IMG/VR virus record: IMGVR_UViG_3300045988_121070
From: a virus
DNA length: 64,000 nt
Reading direction: 5' to 3' (one strand)
Shown: one piece after another, positions 48,077 through 55,834 of the stretch
Position numbering within the stretch: position 1 is the first letter of the stretch
Layout: each line of letters begins with the position of its first letter
Program-made: the position numbers and the translations under genes
Notes under the pieces: generated by a model
Told to the model about the DNA's origin: nothing
The model's database searches: none
Seen by the model: only the letters and a program-made list of their open reading frames with translations

Positions 48077-48110
48077 ACGAAACAAGAATAATTCATAAAT
48101 TCATTAAGTT

Positions 48111-48557
48111 ATGGTACAGTTTACATTAAAAGAAGTGCAGGAGAAGACCTGCCAGGCTATTGAGCAACAAGAATGGGTGAAGAACCTATTGAAGCAGGTA
48201 GAAGCTGCTGCTGACGATGGTAAAACGAGAGTAGAACTGAACTTCAAGGGGACACCTGCTGAAAATTTGGGTGATGATTACCTGATGCTCATCGACTACT
48301 TTAACATGCGTGGTTTTGGTGTGAATGACGACAGCAAAGAAAACGTACTTACAGTAGTATGGGACCCTCGTCATCTTAGAGTGATCCATCCAATAGACCG
48401 TTTGGTTGCTGTGAATCAGAAGATGACGGAGGTGTTGTGTAACCTGACCAAGGCTATCTGTGAGGATGACGAGGAGAAGAAGGCTATACTCAAAGAGGAA
48501 ATGGATGCCATCATTGATAGTCTGCCTGAAGGATATAACTTTTTGGGGAGTTTTTAA
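48111..48557 (+). CDS. hypothetical protein
   Basis: 148-aa ORF preceded by ATTCATAA ATTCATTA leader repeats (48091-48106). Confidence 0.5.
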   Translation: MVQFTLKEVQEKTCQAIEQQEWVKNLLKQVEAAADDGKTRVELNFKGTPAENLGDDYLMLIDYFNMRGFGVNDDSKENVLTVVWDPRHLRVIHPIDRLVAVNQKMTEVLCNLTKAICEDDEEKKAILKEEMDAIIDSLPEGYNFLGSF

Positions 48558-48560
48558 GGG

Positions 48561-48953
48561 ATGAACACGAAACAAGAGGATAAAATCATCGAGCAGGCGC
48601 AGGAGATCCTGGAACGTAGGCAGGATGAGCGGGCGAGAATGTTTGCCGTTGAGCACGAGGTGAAAATCAGTGTGCAACGACTGGCCATGTATGCCTCCTA
48701 CTACCAGGGTGCCCGTGACATGGGGCAGAAGTTGATGGAGCGACTGATGACGGACTCTAAGCCCAAGGGTGAAGAGTGGGTGTATCTGGAAGCGGAATGG
48801 CGACTGTTTATGTCGTCGAAGCGTAACTGTCAGCTGTTCCTCGACGGCACGGATATAAGATACCGTAACCACGAGCGGGATAAAAAGGGTAAATTGATTA
48901 GGTGTGAGGCTTATTTCGTAGAACGTCATACAATATTTACTGAAGTTAAATAA
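48561..48953 (+). CDS. hypothetical protein
   Basis: 130-aa ORF. Confidence 0.5.
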   Translation: MNTKQEDKIIEQAQEILERRQDERARMFAVEHEVKISVQRLAMYASYYQGARDMGQKLMERLMTDSKPKGEEWVYLEAEWRLFMSSKRNCQLFLDGTDIRYRNHERDKKGKLIRCEAYFVERHTIFTEVK

Positions 48954-48967
48954 ATCATTTTAATTAT

Positions 48968-49540
48968 ATGATTATGGAACAGATATATCATCTTTACATC
49001 ACGCACAAATGCGGCCACAACTGCCCGCTATGTTGCAACAGACTCTATGATATAGACAAACTACCTGTAATTACCGTAGAGGATCTGAAACAAGCTCATA
49101 CGGTATGCCTCACTGGTGGCGACCCGTTCTACCTTCTGAGAGAGGAATTGATATCAATCGTTGACAGACTTCGCATCCACTATAAGAATATCCAAAAGAT
49201 ATACATCTATACCAGCGGAAAGATGCTGTGGATAGAAGGTGCATTTTCTCATTGGCACGAGCTGATGCAGACTGTCAGCGGTATCAATATAGCACCGAAA
49301 TACTATGGCGATTGGGACAGACTCGACTATCTTCTTCAACAGCCGAAATGGTTGGAAATGACGGCACAAACAGGCATGTCTAATCGCCTATACATCTTTG
49401 ATGACCAGTGGGACACATGGAACACCATCAGCAAGGATGTTACGCTACCGGCAACATGGCAGGTGATAGGGCGCAAATGGGATAAGGAGTTTAAGACTCC
49501 AGAGAATGAGCATTTTGTAAGACTACCTATATTATACTGA
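48968..49540 (+). CDS. small radical SAM protein (QueE/NrdG-sized)
   Basis: ITHKCGHNCPLCCN (CxxxCxxC) and CLTGGDPF. Confidence 0.7.
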   Translation: MIMEQIYHLYITHKCGHNCPLCCNRLYDIDKLPVITVEDLKQAHTVCLTGGDPFYLLREELISIVDRLRIHYKNIQKIYIYTSGKMLWIEGAFSHWHELMQTVSGINIAPKYYGDWDRLDYLLQQPKWLEMTAQTGMSNRLYIFDDQWDTWNTISKDVTLPATWQVIGRKWDKEFKTPENEHFVRLPILY

Positions 49541-49542
49541 TT

Positions 49543-49809
49543 ATGGGAAAGATAAATTTCAGTATCGCTATTGAGATACCAAACACGATAAGTCAGACTA
49601 TCTTTAACCTCGATGTGGTAGAAGCATGTCGAAAACTAAAAACAGGCGATGTGCTCTATGAACTGCGCGAGAAAAAACTACATCCTAATGGCGAACGTAG
49701 AAGCTGCAAGGGCGCTTTTGTAATGAGCGGTCAGATGCTTTGTCAGGACACAGATGGGTGGTGGCATAGACTAACAAAGGAACATTATCAAGAAATCATC
49801 AATTCATAG
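49543..49809 (+). CDS. hypothetical protein
   Basis: 88-aa ORF. Confidence 0.45.
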   Translation: MGKINFSIAIEIPNTISQTIFNLDVVEACRKLKTGDVLYELREKKLHPNGERRSCKGAFVMSGQMLCQDTDGWWHRLTKEHYQEIINS

Positions 49810-49816
49810 ATATATT

Positions 49817-50314
49817 ATGGTAGATTTTAAGAGACTGAGTAAGATTAACCAGGCTGCGGAGGAAGCGATAGCGGAAGAAGAGAAGCATCGCAGTCCGATG
49901 AGCAAGGATGAGAAGCGCGTAGCGCACTCTTTTTTCCATAGGGGTTCTATATGGGAGAGGAAGCAGAGTGAAGTAATTATCCACGAAAACCTTTGGTGGT
50001 GGGGTAAGTCGTTTACCATTATTGTCAATGGTGGTAAGGGTTCTGTGGTTCTGAGAATTGAGAATGAACGTCCTGATGCCGGTGGTATTTGTTCACTGAT
50101 AGTTCTGGAAGAGGAACGTCAGAAAGGCATGGGGACCAAGTTAATGAAGATGGTAGAGGAACTGGCAAAGAAGCAAGGATGTGAACAGATTTACCTCTGT
50201 GCCGCTAAGGGAACTTTCCTCATACCCTGGTATAGAAAGTTAGGGTTTGAGATTTACGACGAGAATCCTGAAGGTCAAGAGGGGTACGTGGTTAGTATGA
50301 ATAAAATGATATAA
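49817..50314 (+). CDS. GNAT-family N-acetyltransferase
   Basis: LIVLEEERQKGMGTKLMKMVEELAKKQGCEQIYL...WYRKLGFEI (Q/RxxGxG acetyl-CoA motif). Confidence 0.7.
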   Translation: MVDFKRLSKINQAAEEAIAEEEKHRSPMSKDEKRVAHSFFHRGSIWERKQSEVIIHENLWWWGKSFTIIVNGGKGSVVLRIENERPDAGGICSLIVLEEERQKGMGTKLMKMVEELAKKQGCEQIYLCAAKGTFLIPWYRKLGFEIYDENPEGQEGYVVSMNKMI

Positions 50315-50319
50315 AGGAT

Positions 50320-50703
50320 ATGAACGGATTTGCTTACTATAACCCCAATCCAAAAGGGCTTACAAACGCTTACGACTGTGTAGTACGAGCCTACACTTAC
50401 TTCTTTGGTGTTACATGGCACAAGGCTTTTTTCGATGCTATAAATTGGTGCGCCGAAAGAGGACTGGTAAGATGGAATTTTCCCAGCATCTACACACAAT
50501 ATCTGAAAGACAAAGGATATCAGCGTCACAGAGCGCCCAGAAAGGGCATAACGGTAGGACAATTCCGTGATGAGTTTGCAGACATAAATAAGACTTATAT
50601 CATATCAGGACCACATCATCTAACTATTATTGCCAAAAAGGACATTCTGGACTTAGGAGATTGCTCTGATATGGTGATGTTCGCATATTGGGAAAGACAA
50701 TAA
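50320..50703 (+). CDS. hypothetical protein (possible papain-like Cys-His fold)
   Basis: 127 aa; NAYDCVVRA ... GPHHLTII ... D pattern only. Confidence 0.4.
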   Translation: MNGFAYYNPNPKGLTNAYDCVVRAYTYFFGVTWHKAFFDAINWCAERGLVRWNFPSIYTQYLKDKGYQRHRAPRKGITVGQFRDEFADINKTYIISGPHHLTIIAKKDILDLGDCSDMVMFAYWERQ

Positions 50704-50722
50704 TTCATAAATTCATCAAATT

Positions 50723-50899
50723 ATGAGTAAGACGAAGATTTTAGCGCCTGGTGTGGAGGTGGCACAGGACACGGGAGAAGTGTTGCTGATGCGCTGTCCG
50801 AAATGCGGGAAAGAGAACTGGGCACCGAATGTGGCTCTGGGTATCTGTACGTGGTGCGGGTATGACGGGCACGAACTATTGAAGGAGGAAGACGTATGA
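50723..50899 (+). CDS. zinc-ribbon protein, 58 aa
   Basis: MSKTKILAPGVEVAQDTGEVLLMRCPKCGKENWAPNVALGICTWCGYDGHELLKEEDV; ATTCATAA ATTCATCA leader at 50703-50718; ATGA overlap with the next gene. Confidence 0.45.
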   Translation: MSKTKILAPGVEVAQDTGEVLLMRCPKCGKENWAPNVALGICTWCGYDGHELLKEEDV

Positions 50900-51255
50900 C
50901 GAAAGAAGAGAAAAAGGCGCTCATCGTTCAGATGAAGTTGGCAAAGAAAACTCCTGATGAACTGGCATCCATATATAAGGCGTGGGGCTATAAGTATAAG
51001 CCGGAATATTCGCTCTTTCTCCATGAAGTAGTGGTATCAAGTACAAAGCCGAGCTTTGTGGAGTACCTACTGGAAGTACGTGCCCAAGCATACTACACAC
51101 AGAGCCAGACTACATGTGATTATGCTTTTAAAGTGTTGGCATGTCTGATACATATTGCTGCCATCGAGCAGATAGAAACGCCCTTTGACCATGTGATCAG
51201 GAGTGATAAGGATTTTGAATGGAAGTTGAATAATTTACACTTTGAGAAGAAATGA
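50896..51255 (+). CDS. hypothetical protein
   Basis: 119-aa ORF. Confidence 0.5.
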   Translation: MTKEEKKALIVQMKLAKKTPDELASIYKAWGYKYKPEYSLFLHEVVVSSTKPSFVEYLLEVRAQAYYTQSQTTCDYAFKVLACLIHIAAIEQIETPFDHVIRSDKDFEWKLNNLHFEKK

Positions 51256-51743
51256 ATATATCAAAATTTAGAGGGAAAACGGCTGATGGCGAGTGGGTGT
51301 ATGGCTCACTCATCAAGGGTACAGCCACAAACGAAAAACATCCTGAAGGGTTTACCGTTGCCTTTATAGTGCCTGAATTACCATGTGCCAGTGAGCCATC
51401 GGACTTATGGACTGTCAAGATGTATCGCGTAGATCCTAACAGCGTGGGACAGTTTACCGGCTGTCTGGATAAGCATGGTAACGAAGTATATGAGGGGGAC
51501 ATTGTAGATGCCTGGAGTGCAGGAAGTCATTGTACGCATGGACTGGTACGGTTTGCAAGTTGCCATTTCTACATTCTGCTAAATGGCGAGAGCGGACCTA
51601 TTGGGCATTGGCATCTGGCACCCAGTCAATACACACAAAAAGATGAGCATCTGACGGTGGTTGGCAATGTAATAGACAATGCAGACATGGTAGCTGGATA
51701 TCTGAATTATTGCAAAGAACACCATCACGATTGGTTTGACTGA
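51252..51743 (+). CDS. YopX-family protein
   Basis: FRGKTADGEWVYG...SVGQFTGCLDKHGNEVYEGDIV...LTVVGNVIDN. Confidence 0.7.
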   Translation: MNISKFRGKTADGEWVYGSLIKGTATNEKHPEGFTVAFIVPELPCASEPSDLWTVKMYRVDPNSVGQFTGCLDKHGNEVYEGDIVDAWSAGSHCTHGLVRFASCHFYILLNGESGPIGHWHLAPSQYTQKDEHLTVVGNVIDNADMVAGYLNYCKEHHHDWFD

Positions 51744-51810
51744 TAGGGTTGCGATAGAATCGCAACATACAAGAAACGGAACATTCACCAATTCATTAAA
51801 ACATTAAATT

Positions 51811-52683
51811 ATGGGTATAAATAAATTCAAATGGGATGTAAACTGTTGTGATGGGATATATAACTCATTCGACGTACACTTTACATCAGCCTGCGACAAC
51901 CGATGTAGGCATTGCATTGATATGAAGTACCAGGGTAAAGGTATTATAAAACCAGACCCGAAAGCAATAGCACAAACTATCATCGACCATTCAAACGGTT
52001 TCGATGATGTGTTATTCCTCGGAGGTGAACCATGTTTATATCTGGATGAACTTTACGACTGCATCTGTAGAATTAAGGCAGCGACTAATCTAAAATGCTT
52101 TGTTACAACATCAGTTCCTAAGACATGCTATACAAATTATTCTGTATTTCTACGAATATTAGAAATATTGGACGGCATGAATCTATCAGTACAACACTAC
52201 CGAGAGGATGTTGCAGACGAAATACGTTGTGTAAAGTCAACCTTTGACAGACAAAAATTCTATTCAGAATTACCCATGAAAGGAAAGATGCGCATCAATC
52301 TAAACATTGTCAAACCGTATCTATATAAGCGTGAAGATCTGTTAGCCTGTCTAAAGCACTACGATGACATGGGTTATAGAGAAATAAAACTCTCAGAAAT
52401 CCAACACGGCACCGAGCACTTCGTATCTTTCGAGAAGACATTAGGCATGAAGATGAAATCACCATTTGCCTACGGCTGTCAACAATGGGTGGATATGCGC
52501 CCATACATACCTGGGTACAAAGGCCGTCTGCTACTTAAACGATCATGCTTCCTCTGCGAGGAGACCTTAAAAGCCAGTTTTATGGACGGCATGAAGGTTA
52601 TGCGCAAATATCTGTTACGGCCACAAAAAGGCCATTATGCAGTAGTATATGAAGATGGCTCACTTGCTAACGGGTGGGTATAA
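51811..52683 (+). CDS. radical SAM protein
   Basis: FTSACDNRCRHCID (CxxxCxxC), VLFLGGEPCL. Confidence 0.75.
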   Translation: MGINKFKWDVNCCDGIYNSFDVHFTSACDNRCRHCIDMKYQGKGIIKPDPKAIAQTIIDHSNGFDDVLFLGGEPCLYLDELYDCICRIKAATNLKCFVTTSVPKTCYTNYSVFLRILEILDGMNLSVQHYREDVADEIRCVKSTFDRQKFYSELPMKGKMRINLNIVKPYLYKREDLLACLKHYDDMGYREIKLSEIQHGTEHFVSFEKTLGMKMKSPFAYGCQQWVDMRPYIPGYKGRLLLKRSCFLCEETLKASFMDGMKVMRKYLLRPQKGHYAVVYEDGSLANGWV

Positions 52684-52707
52684 GTTTAACTTTTTAATTT
52701 CAAGATT

Positions 52708-52896
52708 ATGTGGACGAGATTGTTAAGAGACCTGATGCTTCAGGTGACGTTAAAAATGGGACATTGCAGTGATGGCGGCGGTGGCGGATGGGGTCATTGC
52801 GGCGGCAGCGAGACACTTTATCGCAAGATAGGCAGCGGCCATTGTGCCACCTATGAGCCTGTCAATCGAGGCGGACACACGGGACATTGTTATTAA
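52708..52896 (+). CDS. small Gly/His/Cys peptide with four GHC repeats (candidate radical-SAM substrate)
   Basis: MWTRLLRDLMLQVTLK-MGHCSDGGGGGWGHCGGSETLYRKIGSGHCATYEPVNRGGHTGHCY; starts 24 nt after the radical-SAM stop. Confidence 0.45.
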   Translation: MWTRLLRDLMLQVTLKMGHCSDGGGGGWGHCGGSETLYRKIGSGHCATYEPVNRGGHTGHCY

Positions 52897-52916
52897 ATTC
52901 TTATATCATTATAATT

Positions 52917-53060
52917 ATGGCTTTTTGCAAAAAACGTGGTGTGGAAATAAGCGGTCCGAACTGCATGGGATGTTACCAATGTAATGAAGAAAAATCAGAA
53001 ACTCTTAGAAACTTATATGCAAGTTGTATAAGAATAATGAACGAACCTGATAAACAATGA
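52917..53060 (+). CDS. small Cys-rich peptide, 47 aa
   Basis: MAFCKKRGVEISGPNCMGCYQCNEEKSETLRNLYASCIRIMNEPDKQ; ATGA overlap with the next ORF. Confidence 0.35.
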   Translation: MAFCKKRGVEISGPNCMGCYQCNEEKSETLRNLYASCIRIMNEPDKQ

Positions 53061-53284
53061 AAACAATACATGAAATGGCTGTAGAGTATGGGGAAAAACA
53101 CCAAGGCACCTGCAATATCGAGGATTTCGAGGCAGGAGCTTTGGCTGTGGTCCTTATTTTCTTCAAGATAGATCAAGAGTCTTTCGATGACAACGCTCTG
53201 TCTTGTGCCGTAGAAAATGCTATAGGAGATTTAACAATAGATTATTCGTATGAAGAACTTAAAGCCAGGAATGCTGACGTATGA
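53057..53284 (+). CDS. hypothetical protein
   Basis: 75-aa acidic ORF. Confidence 0.4.
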   Translation: MKTIHEMAVEYGEKHQGTCNIEDFEAGALAVVLIFFKIDQESFDDNALSCAVENAIGDLTIDYSYEELKARNADV

Positions 53285-53867
53285 TTTAGCAGACGTGCCG
53301 GCATTTGATACGACGAAGGTGTATCTAATTAAGCCGTCGATAGACCACCCTATTGTGCCTGGGCAGCCGGTGCCGATGTCGAACGTAATAGAGCTGCATA
53401 ACGTCAAGGTGACTCCTTCTGTCTTTATAGAGCCAGAAATGGTAGCGCCGAAAGTGGAGGTGCCAAAGGAGCCTTTTAGCATAAGCGTGAATGTGAAGCA
53501 CTACTTCAGTAAAGCGGATAAGAAGAGGATTAAGAGAATGTTCTTTAAAAAGGTGCGATTGCCGAGGAAGTTGAAGAAGGCGTATAGAAAGATGACTATC
53601 CGCGACATGGATCCACATGTGGAACTGGGAGGTGAAAAGAATGGTAACGACGTGAAAATTACCATGAGCAGTTATCTGGGCATGAAGCATGGCTATAAGC
53701 GCACGAAGTGGGTTAATAAGGCTTTCTGCCACTTTAAAAAGATGCACAAGGCATGGGAGGAGCGCACAACGAAGCAGATGCAGGAGTACATGAAGCAGCA
53801 GGCAGTGGAAATGGTTGTGACGAAAGAGCAACAGGTGCGGCTGGCGGACATGCTAAGGAAGAAATGA
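53250..53867 (+). CDS. hypothetical basic protein (start uncertain, alternative ATG at 53271)
   Basis: 205-aa Lys/Arg-rich ORF. Confidence 0.45.
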   Translation: MKNLKPGMLTYDLADVPAFDTTKVYLIKPSIDHPIVPGQPVPMSNVIELHNVKVTPSVFIEPEMVAPKVEVPKEPFSISVNVKHYFSKADKKRIKRMFFKKVRLPRKLKKAYRKMTIRDMDPHVELGGEKNGNDVKITMSSYLGMKHGYKRTKWVNKAFCHFKKMHKAWEERTTKQMQEYMKQQAVEMVVTKEQQVRLADMLRKK

Positions 53868-53914
53868 GGACGGCGATAAAATCGCCTGACAATAAACGAA
53901 ACAAAAATTGAGAC

Positions 53915-54916
53915 ATGCTGATAGGACTGGTGGACGTGGACGGACACGCCAAGAAAAAGAAATGGGGTGCAACGATATACCCCAACCTCGCACTCGCTAA
54001 GATAGCGAGGTACTGGAGAAATAGGGGGGGGCAAATTGAATGGGCCACTCCCATGAAGCATTACGACATCATATACATGTCAAAGGTGTTTAACTTTTCG
54101 CCTGACGATACCTATATATATAATGCCGACGAGATAGTGAAAGGCGGGACGGGCTATGACCCTACGAGCCAGTTGCCGGAGGAGATAGACCGTCTGCAGC
54201 CGGACTACTCGATATACCCCAACGTGCCGAAAGATACTGCCTACGGATTTCTGACGAGAGGATGCCCGAACAGGTGTAAGTGGTGTGTGGTGCCCAGAAA
54301 AGAGGGTGCCATACGTCCGTATATGGATGTAGATGAGATAGCCATTGAGGGCAGGCGAAAGTTGGTGCTGATGGATAACAACATCTTAGCGGCAGGCGAC
54401 TACTGCATGGAGCAGTTGGAGAAGATCATTGAGAGAGGGTATAGGGTGGACTTTAACCAGGCTCTCGATGCGCGACTGGTGACTGACGAGGTGGCACAGC
54501 TGCTGGCGAGGGTGAAATGGCTTGATAACAACCGCATCCGCTTTGGGTGTGACACGCACGGACAGATAGCGGAGTGTGAGCGGGCTATGGCGCTCATCAA
54601 CAAGTATGGCTTCACGGGGCAGTATTTCCTTTATACGATGCTGACGGATGACTTCAGGGAGTGTTACGAGCGGATAGTGTATTGGTGGCACAGAACGCAA
54701 GAGACGCGGGCCAATCATCATGGGAGGTACGTCTATCCCCATGCACAGCCCTACCGTGACCCGATGAATCCCAACCACCACATACCACAATGGCAAAAGG
54801 ACATGGCGGGATGGGTAAATAAGAAGGCGCACTTTGTGGCGCACTCGTTTGAGGACTTTGAGCCGAGGAAAGGGTTTAGGTGTAAGCAGTACCTGAGAGA
54901 GGCAGGGATAATATAG
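53915..54916 (+). CDS. radical SAM protein with an N-terminal extension, carrying an in-frame G8 run
   Basis: FLTRGCPNRCKWCVVPRKEG (CxxxCxxC); G8 at 54024-54031 encodes RGGQ. Confidence 0.7.
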   Translation: MLIGLVDVDGHAKKKKWGATIYPNLALAKIARYWRNRGGQIEWATPMKHYDIIYMSKVFNFSPDDTYIYNADEIVKGGTGYDPTSQLPEEIDRLQPDYSIYPNVPKDTAYGFLTRGCPNRCKWCVVPRKEGAIRPYMDVDEIAIEGRRKLVLMDNNILAAGDYCMEQLEKIIERGYRVDFNQALDARLVTDEVAQLLARVKWLDNNRIRFGCDTHGQIAECERAMALINKYGFTGQYFLYTMLTDDFRECYERIVYWWHRTQETRANHHGRYVYPHAQPYRDPMNPNHHIPQWQKDMAGWVNKKAHFVAHSFEDFEPRKGFRCKQYLREAGII

Positions 54917-54919
54917 GGC

Positions 54920-54985
54920 GGCGATGCAATCGCCGGACAATGGACGAAACAAACGAGAGGCCCAGCCGAGAACGGCTGGGCTTCT
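54920..54985 (+). terminator. composite palindromic element at the convergence point of the plus and minus blocks (A 54920-54934, tail, B 54961-54980 + cttctgtt)
   Basis: lies between convergent stops at 54916 and 54987; likely a bidirectional terminator. Confidence 0.55.
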
Positions 54986-54986
54986 G

Positions 54987-55604
54987 TTATTTGCATAGGA
55001 AGTAGCGGGCGACGAGGAAGATGAGGACACCGAGGATGCCAAAGAGGGCGATGTAACCCAGATGGAGGACTAAGCCATCCCACCACGACTGAATGCGGGA
55101 GGGCGCTGGTTCTTTATATGATTGCTGATTGAGGGAGTCGAGCCAGTTGACCTGTTGGAGCATGTAGAGGGCTTCTGAGAGGGAGTCGGTACGGGCCGTT
55201 TCCTGTGATAGCTGCTGTTGGAGAGCAGAGATCTGTTGCTCGTAGCGGAGTTCTGTCTGGCGGGAAAGGTTGCGGTCGATGGTGCGGTTTTCCTGACGTA
55301 CCTCACGGCCAAGGGAGTCGAGGTAGGTAGTGACGGACTCCTGAATGCGCTCAGTGGACTGTTCCTGTGTGGACTGCTGGGCGGTGATGCGAGCCTGCAT
55401 CTGGGAGAAGAGGGAGTCGTAGCGGGAGAGCTGCTGTAACATGGCTGCATACTGGACTTGCAAGGCACGGAGGCTGTCACCTTCGCTATGGGTGACAGTG
55501 GTGGTGGCGGTGCGAGACGTTGTGCAGGAGAGCACGGAGAAGACACAGAGGGCTGCTATCATATAGCAGCACACGAAACGAGGGAAGAGTGATTTTTTTG
55601 ACAT
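54987..55604 (-). CDS. candidate unimolecular spanin (N-terminal lipoprotein signal, coiled coil, C-terminal TM anchor)
   Basis: MSKKSLFPRFVCCYMIAALCVFSVLSC... lipobox-like LSC; Gln-rich coiled coil; ...LVLHLGYIALFGILGVLIFLVARYF; -7 box TACCTTTG (plus-strand caaaggta, 55631-55638). Confidence 0.4.
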   Translation of the reverse strand: MSKKSLFPRFVCCYMIAALCVFSVLSCTTSRTATTTVTHSEGDSLRALQVQYAAMLQQLSRYDSLFSQMQARITAQQSTQEQSTERIQESVTTYLDSLGREVRQENRTIDRNLSRQTELRYEQQISALQQQLSQETARTDSLSEALYMLQQVNWLDSLNQQSYKEPAPSRIQSWWDGLVLHLGYIALFGILGVLIFLVARYFLCK

Positions 55605-55834
55605 GGCTATAATTGCTTTGATTACTGAGGCAAAGGTAGGGAGAATGGGCGAGAACATGGGGACAAAGAAGGAGACGGCGATGGAATTGCCGAGCAAGAG
55701 ACGAAGCGAGACCCAGCGCTAAAGCGCGGGGCATAGAACGAAAAGCCCCACCGAGAACGGCGGGGAGTAGTGGAGGGGTTCATGGTCGCTATGGCATAGC
55801 GACATGCCAAACAAAGGGGTAAAAAAGCGTAACT

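Noticed and set aside
27206-54031. The recurrent R-G-G-Q peptide as a release-factor/ArfB-like GGQ peptidyl-tRNA hydrolase motif
   Set aside because: The GGQ arises from translating G8 followed by CAA in unrelated proteins (MTase, radical SAM, TRD cassettes). The surrounding sequence has no RF-domain features. It is a DNA-level motif, not a catalytic loop.
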